Positions 1-10,932 of a stretch of 64,000 bases of DNA are shown piece by piece. How positions within the stretch are numbered: the first letter of the stretch is position 1; the number at the start of each line of letters is the position of its first letter. The position numbers were made by a program, and so were the translations under genes. Source of the DNA: an uncultured Phycisphaerales bacterium (lineage in GTDB: Bacteria > Planctomycetota > Phycisphaerae > Sedimentisphaerales > Anaerobacaceae); the NCBI GenBank assembly GCA_963772725.1, contig CAVYYI010000003.1, forward strand, positions 672,001 through 736,000, written 5' to 3'. The notes under the pieces were generated by a model. It was not told the origin of the DNA. It saw only the letters and a program-made list of their open reading frames with translations, and made no database searches.

Positions 1-1497
1 ATTTCGGGGTGGTGTTATCCCATGTTGAGTTGATGAATTTATTGCCGCTTATAACGGCGTTTCTGACAAATCCCCCTTCGCCGGTATCTATCGGCCCCAG
101 TGCTATATTCGCATAACTATTGTTGTTGAAATTGCAATCCATTACCCGCAGGTTCTCGCCCTGATAGAGTATCGGTCTGCCGCAGTTGCCTTCGAATGTG
201 CAATTTTTGAAAAGGGCATTATCGAAGTTCCATACGTGAGGCGTGAATGTTGAGCCGGCCTTGACGGTGTCGGGCAGGTCTTCGGCAAACTCAAGGGTAA
301 ATGCCGGGATTTTCCTTTAGCCAGGTTAAGGGTTCCCTCGTCCCAGCCCCCTTTGGCGACCTTAACAACCCGCGGGCGTTCTCCTGTCCAGAAGACAACG
401 GTACTATCGGCGAGTTTTGAAAAGTTTGTGCCGCCTGTTAGTACTGTGCATTTGATTCTGCGTCTATCCAAAACATCCGTAACAGAGCAGAACTTGCCTT
501 TGATGTTGAACGGATCCCACCTGACCCCTTTTATATAGCAGTCCTCGACCAGCAGTGTGCCGCTGTTGCAGGACATGTGCACCGCGTCTCTTGAGCCGAC
601 AGCGAACTGGGGGAATATCGGCTTGATTATGAGTTTTCTAAAAGTAAGATTTTTACACAGATTCACAAAAAGACCAAGCTGTTTAATGTTGTATATATGG
701 ACATTTTCCAGCGTTATATTGGAGCTATTGGCGATATGGAACTGTCTGCCTCTGCCGGAGACGTAGAAGTGCCATGAAATAGCCTGCCCGGCTTCGACAC
801 GGTTCGCAAAGCCCATGCCTTGAATCCTGTAGAGCCTGTCATTGCTTCCCGGAACCTTTCGCCATTGGTGTTTAAACAGTTTGGGCTCAGCCCCTATGGT
901 CAGAGCGTGCACGGGCATAAGCTGGCGCGTTTTCATGTCCCAGTTATTTGAAGAATAACACTGCATGCCGTCGAAATGAGGAAGTCCCGGGAAGACCTCA
1001 ATTTCCACTATGTCTTTTTCCTTATCTACCGCGGTGATTTTTCCTGCGCTGGTGAAGGGGGGCTTATTGTCGGATACTATGTTTTTGATAGTGATGTTTG
1101 AGCTGTCGGATATTTGGAACTGCTTTGCGGCATCGAGATGGTCGCTGAGGTTTTTTACATTCCGCTCTAATACAGTGGCGGGGTCGCCATTGGGGTCAGT
1201 CTTTCCGAGCAGGGTGAGGTCTGATATTTTATTTATCGCGATTAAGGTGTCGCCCGGCTGATTTGGTTCGAGAAGATTATATGTGCCCGATTCAAATTCA
1301 ATAACCGCAGGGGTTTTTGACGCGGCGGCTGTAATCGCGTCATTAATGGATTTAATGTCGCACTTGCCGTCGTTGGGTATGGCGCCAAAGTCCCTGGCCC
1401 GGAGAATTGTCACGCTTTCCTTACACTGCGCGACTGCGTGGAAACACAAAGCACAGATAACAGCGGTAATGATTTTTTCAAGTAATGTTTTGCTCAT
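1..1497 (-). CDS. Secreted right-handed beta-helix glycoside hydrolase-like protein (GH110/pectin-lyase fold); frameshift near 300; runs off the window edge
   Basis: Signal peptide, RARDFGAIPNDGKCD N-terminal motif typical of beta-helix enzymes, parallel beta-helix repeats; an alternate frame continues to position 1. Confidence 0.7.
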
Positions 1498-1764
1498 GTG
1501 AAAAATCTCCTTGTTTGTCAGACCGCTTTTGGCCGAAAAATCCCGTATTTTTCAATCAAATGGTATATATGAAGAATTATGTGTTGTCAAAAGAAAAAAT
1601 AGCTGAACTGGAAAATCGGGTACACCGGTGATGGTGAGAAAGCGGCTTTAGGCTTGCAGTTTATTGGTATTCTGTTAAACTGTATGGCTTGGACGTCCCG
1701 CCGATTGGATTCGGCGGGCAAATGTCGAAACAGGTTTAGTAAATTTTTTTTGAAAGGGAACACT

Positions 1765-2412
1765 ATGAAGAAGATGGTAAAGTTTATGATGATTGCTCTT
1801 TCGATATTGCTAATCAGCAGCGTGACATACGCAAAGAAAGGCGATGCCGTAAAGAATGCTGACAAGCAGAGCAAGGCGACGGTTGAATCGGCTTCAAAGC
1901 AAACGTCTGAGGCGACAAAAGAAGTTAAAGGCAAGGCGGAGAAAGCCAGCAAAAATGCTGAAGCGACAAAGGAAGCCAAAGTCAAGGCTGAAAAGGCCGG
2001 CAAAGAGACAGCCGTTACGGTAACAGACCCAAACGCTGTCGGTGTGGAAAAGAAATCGTGGAAGAATATGTTCGGTTTAATGAAAGGCAAAAACCATCAG
2101 CAGCAGATGGCGGCGTTAGATAAACAGGCAGCCAAATCAGCGGCAAAAGATAGTGCAAATATCGCAGCCCTGGAAAAGGATTTGGCCGCTGCAAAGGCAG
2201 CTAACGATACAAAAAAGGTCGAAAGTCTGCAAAAGAAACTTGACCTGACCAAACAGCAAGCCAGCAAAGACGCAGCGAAAACCGCTGCCAAGCGGACTGA
2301 AATCCAGGCCGAAATAGAAAAAGAAAAACAGGCCGCTGGAAGTAAGGCTGAGACCAAGACAACGGAAAAGATGACAAAGGAAAGCAAGGTAAAGGAAAAC
2401 AAGACAAAATAG
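1765..2412 (+). CDS. Secreted Lys/Ala-rich low-complexity coiled-coil protein
   Basis: Signal peptide MKKMVKFMMIALSILLISSVTYA, AAAGGGA upstream, K/A/E-rich body. Confidence 0.7.
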   Translation: MKKMVKFMMIALSILLISSVTYAKKGDAVKNADKQSKATVESASKQTSEATKEVKGKAEKASKNAEATKEAKVKAEKAGKETAVTVTDPNAVGVEKKSWKNMFGLMKGKNHQQQMAALDKQAAKSAAKDSANIAALEKDLAAAKAANDTKKVESLQKKLDLTKQQASKDAAKTAAKRTEIQAEIEKEKQAAGSKAETKTTEKMTKESKVKENKTK

Positions 2413-2636
2413 TCTGACCTGCTTTGTTGTTTTTCGGCGTTAATACAGACGTGGAGTAAAAATGCCGTTCATTCGAATCCCGGGTTTGCTCGGGAAAGTT
2501 TATGTACCGAATCAAACCGGCAGGAAGAAGCACACCTGCAAAGATTGCTTTTTCTGCCAGTTCTGTGGTGACGAGCGATGTGTGTCGTGTCTGAGGCAAA
2601 AATCAAACGCGACACACCGCTCCTGCCGCAAAAATC

Positions 2637-2837
2637 ATGAAAACCACCGTTCTTGCCGGCGGCAAAGCGGATGTGAAACAGACCGATACCGGGCTGGAAA
2701 TCCTCGTACCGCCAGCCGACCGCCAAGCAATTGACACAATCATCGCTTTGAAGCTGGATAAGCCGGCGATTGAGATTACGCCGATTGCGACGCCCGGTTC
2801 GGAAGAATCGGCTGAGGCGAAGAAAAAAGCCATTTGA
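2637..2837 (+). pseudogene. Orphan C-terminal fragment resembling an alpha-L-fucosidase (GH29) C-terminal beta domain
   Basis: LAGGKADVKQTDTGLEILVPPADRQAIDTIIALKLDKP resembles LTGSPVQFTQTKDELTVKVAQADRDNPVTVIELTLDQP at ~44660-44775. Confidence 0.45.
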
Positions 2838-2982
2838 GGCCTCAATAAATAATTATCGAGATGAAATAAAATGCTTGAATATTCAAGACAGGTGTGATAT
2901 TTTACTGCAAATTAAGGCTCAGCAACGTAGCTGAGCAGGAGTGTAAAGATTATATAAGAGTTTCGGACTAAGGAGTAGTATA

Positions 2983-3300
2983 ATGGCAAAAAGTTCAAAA
3001 CCAGCAAAGAAGAGTGAAATTCTATCCAATATAGCCGAGGCCACGCAGCTTTCTCGCAAGCAGGTGGCGGCGGTAATAGATGCCCTTGCAGGCCAGATAA
3101 AGGCTGCCGTGGGCAAGAAAGGTCCGGGCGTATTCGCGCTGCCGGGTCTGATTAAGATTATCGTCATTAATAAGCCGGCCACACCAAAACGGACAGGCAT
3201 CAACCCGTTCACAAAGCAGGAGCAGGTCTTTGCGGCCAAGCCAGCTCGCAAAGTCGTGAAGGTCCGGCCTTTAAAAGCCCTCAAGGACATGGCTAAATAA
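2983..3300 (+). CDS. HU-family histone-like DNA-binding protein
   Basis: KSEILSNIAEATQLSRKQV...GINPFTKQE...KPARKVVKVRPLKALKD; AAGGAG RBS. Confidence 0.9.
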   Translation: MAKSSKPAKKSEILSNIAEATQLSRKQVAAVIDALAGQIKAAVGKKGPGVFALPGLIKIIVINKPATPKRTGINPFTKQEQVFAAKPARKVVKVRPLKALKDMAK

Positions 3301-3644
3301 CAAGATTGCAATTCGCAGTTAGCAGGGTGGAATCTTTACCCCGCCAATATTGGTCGATAAGAAATTAAAGGCGGGATGGGGATTCCGCCCTGCAAAACTG
3401 TCGCCTTCGGTGCGATGATACCAAGAAAGAAACGGTAGATAACCGCCAGCATAAAGTTGGCGGTTTTCGGAAGAGTTTTTTGATTAGCTCGCCTTTTTCA
3501 CCACAAAGAACACTAAGACGCCAAAGGTCTTGGGTCTGGGTTCGGTACAGTAGTATTGTTCTTAACGGGTTGTGAGGGGGTTCATACCCAATTATGCCGT
3601 TTTCATGAATAATCTTAGGGGCAAATTAGAGCACAGAAATGCCT

Positions 3645-3704
3645 AAAAAAAGAGAGGCATTACCGCAGGGACAAAACCCATTGGATAGCCTCTTATCGTG
3701 ATAT
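3645..3704 (-). ncRNA. Candidate ~60-nt small RNA
   Basis: Minus-strand TTGCTT(3739-3734)-17 bp-TATAAT(3716-3711), then hairpin AGAGGC...GCCTCT and a T7 run; no ORF inside. Confidence 0.45.
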
Positions 3705-4055
3705 CATCAGATTATACGAACAAAATCGGCAAAAAGCAAGCTTTATATTACTTTTTTCCAATATTTTCTTAACTATCATTGCGGTATATAGTTAAAGTTC
3801 GCAGGGGAAAGTCTCTACCCCACAAACTCGAAATTTAAATTATTTAGCATCAAAAGGCAATATTTAACTTTTTCCACTTGCGTTATTGTCCGCTTATGCG
3901 GTATAATACCTGCAGATAGTTTTGTTGCTTGGACCATAGAAGAAGAGAGCAGAGCTATGGAAAAGGGAAAACTCAGTAAGTTCTCACAGGTTTTATCGCA
4001 GTTTCTCTTCACAAAAGGCGCTTTTAATTATCAAGTTTTTAGAGGGGAAGAGAAA

Positions 4056-4925
4056 ATGAAAAGGTTCATTGCGATTTGTGCGGCTTTAGTTCAACTCTTG
4101 TTGGCAAACAATCTTATATATGCCGACACCATTTACGTGTCATGTGGCGGTAACAATCCACCAATTTATAAATTCGACTCGTTCGGAAACATACAATTCT
4201 TTGCGAATGGTACAGGCAATATGGCATTCGATATGAGCGGTAATCTCTATGCGTCTTTTGATGGATCGATTGTTAAATTCGATCCAAGTGGAAACAGTAC
4301 CATTTTTGCCTCGGGCTTAAAAAATCCCGAAGGCCTTGCTTTTGACAGCAAAGGCTATCTATACGTGTCAAGCTGGGACTCAAGCTTGCAAAGTGGGATA
4401 ATCAAGAAATTCGACTCAGCCGGAAATTGGTCTATTTTCGCCTCGGGTTTTAACCCTCCTTCTGGCCTTGTCTTTGATAGAGATGGCTATATCTACGGTT
4501 CGTGTTCCAATAATGGTATCGGCACTGGAATAATTCAAAAATTTGATCCAAGCGGAAACATGACCATTTTTGCCTCGGGCTTAGTAAATCCAGTAAGCCT
4601 TGCTTTTGACAGCAAAGGCTATCTATATGTGTCCAACCGTTATTATCTTAATGGGACTATTGAGAAGTTCGATTCGAGCGGAAATGGCTGTGTCTTTGCG
4701 TCTGGATTAGTCTATCCCGATGGCATTGCTATTGATAGTAGTGACAATCTCTACTCTGCTAACCATATTGTTAACGGTTGGATTGATAAATTCGATTCAA
4801 GCGGAAATAGGTCTATCTTCTACTCAGGTTTGTATGGCCCACAACATATCGTAGTGCAGGTTCCCGAACCAGCCACACTTCTGATGCTTGGCCTGGGCGC
4901 GGTGATATTGAGAAGGAAACGGTAA
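4056..4925 (+). CDS. PEP-CTERM surface protein with NHL-like beta-propeller repeats
   Basis: Signal peptide; repeats of KFDxSGNxxIFASGLxxPxxLAFD; C-terminal VPEPATLLMLGLGAVILRRKR. Confidence 0.9.
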   Translation: MKRFIAICAALVQLLLANNLIYADTIYVSCGGNNPPIYKFDSFGNIQFFANGTGNMAFDMSGNLYASFDGSIVKFDPSGNSTIFASGLKNPEGLAFDSKGYLYVSSWDSSLQSGIIKKFDSAGNWSIFASGFNPPSGLVFDRDGYIYGSCSNNGIGTGIIQKFDPSGNMTIFASGLVNPVSLAFDSKGYLYVSNRYYLNGTIEKFDSSGNGCVFASGLVYPDGIAIDSSDNLYSANHIVNGWIDKFDSSGNRSIFYSGLYGPQHIVVQVPEPATLLMLGLGAVILRRKR

Positions 4926-4961
4926 ATAACAGGCTGCGGAAAGTTAGCAGTTATATACCGT

Positions 4962-5252
4962 TTATAGTTGCCTATTTTTTGACGACTGCTGCAGGCGGCT
5001 CTCATTCATCTTACTTTTGACGTAGTCCGATGTACGAAGGCTCGCGTCTTTGGCTATGCCGAGGAATTTGTGCATACCCTCGTTAAAAGACTTTGCGAAT
5101 TCGTCCGATTTCAAAGCCGAATGCGCCACCGTCTTATTTTCCGGCGATTGTCCCTTTGCCTCAGGTGCCGGCGCCAGCGTGTATATCGCTGTCGCGAAAC
5201 CCGCGAAATAGACAATCAGCACGAACAGAAATTTGCTTTTTATACCCCCCAT
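4962..5252 (-). CDS. Small membrane-anchored hypothetical protein
   Basis: N-terminal TM helix; plausible 96-aa ORF. Confidence 0.6.
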   Translation of the reverse strand: MGGIKSKFLFVLIVYFAGFATAIYTLAPAPEAKGQSPENKTVAHSALKSDEFAKSFNEGMHKFLGIAKDASLRTSDYVKSKMNESRLQQSSKNRQL

Positions 5253-5356
5253 TGGATATACCTTTCTTCACGCTATTTTATCGGATACAACCCCATAGCC
5301 GGGTAGTTCACACACTTTAAGTATAAGAAAAAAAATCGCTATGGGCAAATTCAAGA

Positions 5357-6475
5357 CTAAATTTTATCCAGAATTTCTTTGAGCGTTTTGCAGACCGTCG
5401 AAATCTCGTCCTTTGTAAGGTTATTATAGAACGGCAGCGCTATAGTGCTTTTGCTGACGGCCTCGGTAATCGGGAAATCGCCTGCCTTAAAGCCGAAATC
5501 TTTCATCATGAAAGGCTGCAAATGCACAGGCGGAAAATAGTTGTTGACCCCAATGCCCTTTTCTTTCAACGTTTCGATGATTTTATCGCGCTTTGCGATT
5601 AAGGCCTGGCCAACGAGCCTGATAACAAAAACAAACCAGCTTATATCGCAGTTATCGGACTCTGATGGGATAATCAATCTTTTCTCGTCAGCGAGGATTT
5701 CCTGATACCATCGGGCGACCTGTTTGCGTTTGGCCATTATCTCTTCGATTCGCGAAAGCTGCACGATTCCCAGTGCGCAGTTGATGTCACTGAGTCTGTA
5801 ATTGTACCCGAGCCTTGCGTGACCGAGCCAGCCGCTGCCCGGGTCTCTGCCCTGGTTTCGCAGCGATACGCACATATCCGCGAGGTGGTCGTCATTGGTG
5901 AGAATCATTCCGCCCTCGCCGGTTGTCATCTGCTTATTGGGATAAAAAGCGAAAACGCTTATGTCGCCGAAAGTGCCCGCCTTTTTGCCGCCTAGCGATG
6001 AGCCGAGCGCCTCGCAGCTATCCTCGATAATCCGCAGGTTGTGTTTTCTCGCAATCGCGCAAATCTTATCGAAGTTCGCCGGATTGCCAAACGCTTCGAC
6101 CGGCATAATAGCCTTTGTCTTTTTGGTAATCTTCGCCTCGATTCCCGCCGCGTCGATATTCATTGTTACAGGCTCGATATCGACAAAGACAGGTTTTGCC
6201 CCTGCCATGATAATCGAGTTCGATGTCGCGATAAATGTGAAAGGCGTAGTGATGACCTCATCGCCCGCGCCCAGCCCCATCGCCTGCATACACAGAAACA
6301 GCCCGCTTGTTCCGCTATTGACCGCGACGCCGCGTTTCATTCCCATATACTTCGCGAACGCCTGCTCAAACTCACCGAGCTTTGGCCCTAATGAGAGATT
6401 GGGACTGCGAAGAACCGCGACAACAGCGGCTATTTCCTTTTCCGTAATATCCGGCCGAGACAGATTTATCTTCAT
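5357..6475 (-). CDS. DegT/DnrJ/EryC1/StrS PLP-dependent aminotransferase
   Basis: AVNSGTSGL, IIEDSCEALG, FAFYPNKQMTTGEGGM motifs. Confidence 0.95.
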   Translation of the reverse strand: MKINLSRPDITEKEIAAVVAVLRSPNLSLGPKLGEFEQAFAKYMGMKRGVAVNSGTSGLFLCMQAMGLGAGDEVITTPFTFIATSNSIIMAGAKPVFVDIEPVTMNIDAAGIEAKITKKTKAIMPVEAFGNPANFDKICAIARKHNLRIIEDSCEALGSSLGGKKAGTFGDISVFAFYPNKQMTTGEGGMILTNDDHLADMCVSLRNQGRDPGSGWLGHARLGYNYRLSDINCALGIVQLSRIEEIMAKRKQVARWYQEILADEKRLIIPSESDNCDISWFVFVIRLVGQALIAKRDKIIETLKEKGIGVNNYFPPVHLQPFMMKDFGFKAGDFPITEAVSKSTIALPFYNNLTKDEISTVCKTLKEILDKI

Positions 6476-6610
6476 ACACCTTTTCCTTAGCAAAAAACCT
6501 CGATTAATACGAAGATGAAATTATACCAAAAACCCGCTGTTTCTGCAAAATATTTCTTCCCCCGCAATACCCCCGACATAAAGTTGGCCGAAAAATGGCA
6601 GCTTACCCCA

Positions 6611-7024
6611 TTATTCCAATGAGTTAATAAAATTTATATCATTTGGAGCATCAATAGGTTTGTATTTAGGATTAGTAAACTCTCCTATGTGTATTCTGGC
6701 AATCCGCCCGTTGATAAAATATAAAAATACAACCCAGTTTCTACCAGTATTGAATTCAAGCGGAGTAGTTATACGGATTTCATTTTCATGTTTAATAATT
6801 TCAGCGTTAAAGATAGTTTCGTTTCGCCATGGTTTTTTGTTAATAATATCTACAACCTCTGTATAAGTCATATCTGGCTTAATTTCTTGTACAAAATCTT
6901 TCATCTGACTCCGCCAAAACTGAGATTGAATATGTATTTTATGGTGTATATAAATTCCAAATCCAACAACGATAACACTTAATACTGATACTGATAGGTA
7001 GAATATTTTTTGTCTTGAATTCAT
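6611..7024 (-). CDS. AT-rich orphan membrane-anchored protein (cassette cargo)
   Basis: N-terminal TM helix; composition visibly more AT-rich than the neighbouring housekeeping genes. Confidence 0.7.
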   Translation of the reverse strand: MNSRQKIFYLSVSVLSVIVVGFGIYIHHKIHIQSQFWRSQMKDFVQEIKPDMTYTEVVDIINKKPWRNETIFNAEIIKHENEIRITTPLEFNTGRNWVVFLYFINGRIARIHIGEFTNPKYKPIDAPNDINFINSLE

Positions 7025-7289
7025 TTTTCCGTTTTTACCTTACCTTTATATTCCGGATACTTAGACTCGCAACTGCTGTTACATTGGATAAATAGGGACG
7101 GTCACCTATTATTTATCGATTAATACGAATATGAAATTATACCAAAATCCCGCCGTTTCAGCAAAATATTTCTTCACTCCCGCGACCATAAGGAAAAGGG
7201 TATTAACCACGAATGAACACGAATAAACACCATCAAAAAAACATGCCGCAGATTACTTAACCCGCGGATTTAATCTTTGTTAGGGACAA

Positions 7290-7709
7290 TTATTTTTTGA
7301 GTCGCCATTGATAAAAAAATTTGTTTTCAGGCCATCGAAACATAAGTAATACTGAGTTTTCTCGAATTTCATAAAGAAAAACCCAAAAGTAAGGTTTTTT
7401 CCCTTCTTTATAAGGAGTAAATAAAATTGGGTCTTGAACACCTACCTCGCCGGAAGATATTTGTCCTGTTTCTGAGTTCCTGAGTTCAAAAACACATTTA
7501 TTCTTTGTTTTATCGATATCTAAAAGTTTTACCTGATATGGCCCAAATTTCTTTGGATCGAGATTGGTTGTTTCATTTACTCTTAATTCTTTAAAATCAA
7601 CATATGTCCCAAAAGAACATTCTTTATGACAAAATAAAATAATAGAAGTTACGAATATCACCAAGAATATAATTCCCACCAACATTATATATTTAATATA
7701 AATCTGCAT
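7290..7709 (-). CDS. AT-rich orphan membrane-anchored protein (cassette cargo)
   Basis: N-terminal TM helix, AT-rich. Confidence 0.7.
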   Translation of the reverse strand: MQIYIKYIMLVGIIFLVIFVTSIILFCHKECSFGTYVDFKELRVNETTNLDPKKFGPYQVKLLDIDKTKNKCVFELRNSETGQISSGEVGVQDPILFTPYKEGKKPYFWVFLYEIRENSVLLMFRWPENKFFYQWRLKK

Positions 7710-7904
7710 AAATTTTCCCTATATTCTCCTATATTCTCGGGAACAGCATATTCATTAATCTCCATCTTTAGCCGCACTCCGTATAATTATTCTTCGCTCA
7801 AAATTTTTGCATTTTAAACTTTGATTTTTAACTTTTTTAATATACCAAAAACCCGCCGTTTCAGCAAAAGTTTTCCGTTCGCAATCTCCATCAAAATTCC
7901 GTCG

Positions 7905-8141
7905 GTTATCGACCATTTCGGTGATATCAACGAAATGGTCTTCTATGCGGTGTCCGCTGTTAAAACAGGCCGCTTTGGCCTTTTTGATAACCTGTTCAAA
8001 ATTGCGGTAATCCGCATAACCGAGAATCTGGGCAAAGTCTCTGCTTGACCAGTATTCATTACCTGCCGCGTTTATTCGTTTTATACGCTCAAAAGGTGAA
8101 TCATTGCCTGTAGGTGGTGTTTTACTAATCTCATTAACCAT
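7905..8141 (-). pseudogene. Truncated DinD/BRO-N-like DNA-damage-inducible protein (N-terminus only)
   Basis: SPFERIKRINAAGNEYWSSRDFAQILGYADYRNFEQVIKKAKAACFNSG...DHFVDITEMV, after which similarity stops just before the promoter repeat. Confidence 0.7.
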
Positions 8142-8460
8142 AATTAAGTTGTTCCTTCAACTGCTCTTATTTAGACTCAATAAAGTCTTTTTTGAATAAA
8201 ACAATTACACTATTTTCATCGACTTTGCTAGTTTAAACCTTTGTGTACTGAATGCTACCATTTTACAACAGTTAAAACAATCCCTTTTGCAAAAGTTTTT
8301 CCCGTACAATCCCCCCGACATAAAGTCGGGGGCTTTCGGTTTTTCCATAAGCCCCTGGCTTTACGCCAGGGGTTCTTGACTAACCGCCGCGGTTCTGATA
8401 CAAAAGGTTTTTGTGTTAATTAGTGTTCATTCGTGGTTAAAATTATCCTGAGAAAATGAA

Positions 8461-9098
8461 ATGATAATAAATCAACTTGTTCTCGGCTCGTATCAGACGA
8501 ACTGCTATGTTCTTCGCGCAAGCGAATCAGCGAAGGATTGCCTTATTGTCGATACCGGCCTTGAGGCCGATGAGCTTATCGACTTTCTCCGCGAGCACAA
8601 CTTAAATCCGCTGGGTGTTATCCTGACGCATGGCCACGCCGACCATATCACAGGCCTGCCCCTTTTGCGCGAAAATTATCCCGCGATAAAAGTCTATATC
8701 CACAAACTCAACGCGGCGATGCTCACCGGGCCGCTGAAAAATCTCTCGATTCTGACCGGCAGCTTTTTCAAGACCGCCCCTGCGGATGTTATTCTCGAAG
8801 ATGGTGACATCGTAGAACTGGCAGGCATAAAACTAAAGGTCATTCACACTCCCGGCCATACAAAAGGCGGCATATCGCTCTATTGCCAACAGGATAGCGT
8901 CCTTTTCAGCGGCGATACGCTCTTTGCCGATTCGGTCGGCAGAACTGATTTCCCCGGCGGCAGCATGAAAGACTCATTACCGGCATAAAAGAAAAGCTTT
9001 TACCCCTGCCCGATGAAACAATCGTCTATCCCGGTCACGGCCCGGCAACCTCCATCGCCCAGGAAAAAGCCCACAACCAGTACCTGCAAGGAAGGTAA
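8461..9098 (+). CDS. MBL-fold metallo-hydrolase (glyoxalase II/YcbL-like); frameshift near 8970
   Basis: THGHADH, HTPGHT, SGDTLF motifs; the alternate frame gives VYPGHGP and a stop at 9098. Confidence 0.9.
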
Positions 9099-9118
9099 AA
9101 ACAAAATTAAATTTCTTA

Positions 9119-9541
9119 CTACCAATTCAATTTAACAACTGCTTCTGCATTTCGGATAAGTTTAATTTCTTCTTCAGGACTTATCTTTTTATAATCTGAA
9201 ATAGCTTTTTGTGCAAGTTCCAACACTATCTCGCTATCATCTATAGTAAAGCTTCTTTTTAAATCATAATCTGCATCTTCTCTGCTCTGCTTTAAATCCT
9301 TTAATTTATCCGCTAATTTTGAACCAAAGATTGAATTTGAACCCCTAAAAGTTTTTCTAACAAATTCATGAACTTGTCTTTTGGGTTCTTTAATTTTCCG
9401 TATTCCTTTGGATTCTAAATACTCTCTGAAATAAAGAAATATTCCATAGTATGAACGACTTATAGAACTGCGTAGATTGGCCTCTAAGCTGGTGTCGGAA
9501 TTTAAAAATTCTGCTGTTTTGAAAAAATCCTCTGGATTCAT
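9119..9541 (-). CDS. HEPN-domain protein
   Basis: RSSISRSYY and LKQSREDADY motifs. Confidence 0.8.
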   Translation of the reverse strand: MNPEDFFKTAEFLNSDTSLEANLRSSISRSYYGIFLYFREYLESKGIRKIKEPKRQVHEFVRKTFRGSNSIFGSKLADKLKDLKQSREDADYDLKRSFTIDDSEIVLELAQKAISDYKKISPEEEIKLIRNAEAVVKLNW

Positions 9542-10071
9542 TACATATTTCTGCGGAAAGTTAAAGTAAAATATTTTGTGTTTTGTAACAAATTCTCTAT
9601 CTTCCAGTCAACCCACTTTTCATAATCTTGTAAGGCTGTTCGTCGGTCACAATTTACATTAACTCTTATAACTACATGCCCTTCAGTTTCTCCATCTTCC
9701 TCGTCAAAGCAATCGTAATCAGCATAAAAATCATTCCCACATTTAAAAATCAAACTTATTTGTTGCAGACATTTTCTTAATGAATCAATAATTCCTTTTG
9801 AGTTACAAAATTCAACACATTCCTCTGATGCTTTATTTTTGAATTCTGATGAAACTGGCCAATCAATTATAATTTTTGTAGAGTCTTTTATTTCTTCAGA
9901 AATTGTACTTTCGAAGGTAGATTCTTGCTGAAGCTCTAAATCTACTCTATTATTTTCAACTTGATTGAAGTTAAATATCAACCGCTTAAGAAATTCCTTT
10001 GGAGAGTTTTCAAATTCCCTAACTAATGATTCAATATCAAATGGCATTGATTGATTTATGGCGGTTGTCAT
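9541..10071 (-). CDS. AT-rich hypothetical protein, translationally coupled to the HEPN gene
   Basis: Stop/start overlap with the HEPN gene; acidic. Confidence 0.65.
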   Translation of the reverse strand: MTTAINQSMPFDIESLVREFENSPKEFLKRLIFNFNQVENNRVDLELQQESTFESTISEEIKDSTKIIIDWPVSSEFKNKASEECVEFCNSKGIIDSLRKCLQQISLIFKCGNDFYADYDCFDEEDGETEGHVVIRVNVNCDRRTALQDYEKWVDWKIENLLQNTKYFTLTFRRNM

Positions 10072-10082
10072 TTTAACTATCC

Positions 10083-10742
10083 TTATTTCATTAATTGCCC
10101 GATTATAGAATCAGCATAGGCTTCTATTTCCGCAACTTTCACTAACTCACTTTTAAACTTAGGCCAATCCGTAAAGTCGAATTCATAGTTAAAGTTTATG
10201 GTTCTCTTATTATCTACTTTGCCTTGTTGTTCCAACGCAATTGTGAATCGCTCTCCACCAGCAGAATAGGGATATCGAAGTACAACACCAGCCGCAATTT
10301 CCCCCTTGTTGATAATTTTTAAAATAGGAGCATTTTGTGGTAAAAACAAATTCTGAAAGTTCTGAGACATTTCAGTATTATCAAATATAATTGTTGAGTT
10401 CAAGTTAAACCCCACAATTTTAAGAGGAGTATAGCGTAATATTTCAAAATATTTTTCAGAAATCTTTACTATTTTTGTTTCGGCCCATTTAGAGATTGCG
10501 GCCTCTTTTATTTGAAACCTGTCGGCATTAACTATAAACTCAATATTTCCGACTACCAAGCGTACAAATCCGGGTACAGATACAAATTCAATCTGAGGTT
10601 TTGCTTGTGACAAAATAGAACGAAAAGGTTCTTCGTCGACAGGTAAGATTTTGTTGCTTTTAAGAAAATCCAAATTCAGAATTTGTGGATTCTGCCCTCC
10701 TATAGCAACTAAATTTATATAGTTTTTTTGTACGTTACCCAT
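10083..10742 (-). CDS. AT-rich hypothetical protein (TIGR04255-like by eye)
   Basis: NLVAIGGQNPQIL...LRYTPLKIVGFN...INFNYEF pattern; first gene of a three-gene cassette. Confidence 0.55.
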   Translation of the reverse strand: MGNVQKNYINLVAIGGQNPQILNLDFLKSNKILPVDEEPFRSILSQAKPQIEFVSVPGFVRLVVGNIEFIVNADRFQIKEAAISKWAETKIVKISEKYFEILRYTPLKIVGFNLNSTIIFDNTEMSQNFQNLFLPQNAPILKIINKGEIAAGVVLRYPYSAGGERFTIALEQQGKVDNKRTINFNYEFDFTDWPKFKSELVKVAEIEAYADSIIGQLMK

Positions 10743-10932
10743 TTTATAGTTTTCTGGCCGTCTTTACAGCATACCTACTTTGTTATATGAAAATACCGCT
10801 ATCAAGAATCTATCCCATTAAGCAATAGGATATTATACACAAAAGTATAACAAAAACAAAGGATTTTTACAAAAAATTTTCTGCCTTAAGTGAATAGGAG
10901 CCTTTAATCCGTCGACAACGCTCAATTAAATC

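Larger units (their letters stand above)
6500..7869 (-). promoter_or_regulatory. Triplicated sigma70-type promoter module (6500-6559, 7116-7175, partial 7839-7869)
   Basis: Each copy on the minus strand reads TTGCWG-17 bp-TATAAT/TATATT; copies 1 and 2 are near-identical over 60 bp. Confidence 0.8.

Noticed and set aside
3617..3660. c-di-GMP-I riboswitch (GGCAAA...GAAA-like stem)
   Set aside because: Lacks the downstream GACGCAAAG/P3 elements; the region is better explained by a minus-strand terminator
7185..7288. Integron attC site (CCCTAAC...GTTAAGT on the minus strand after a stop codon)
   Set aside because: The R''-R' distance is only ~30 bp, there is no L-box hairpin and no intI in the window
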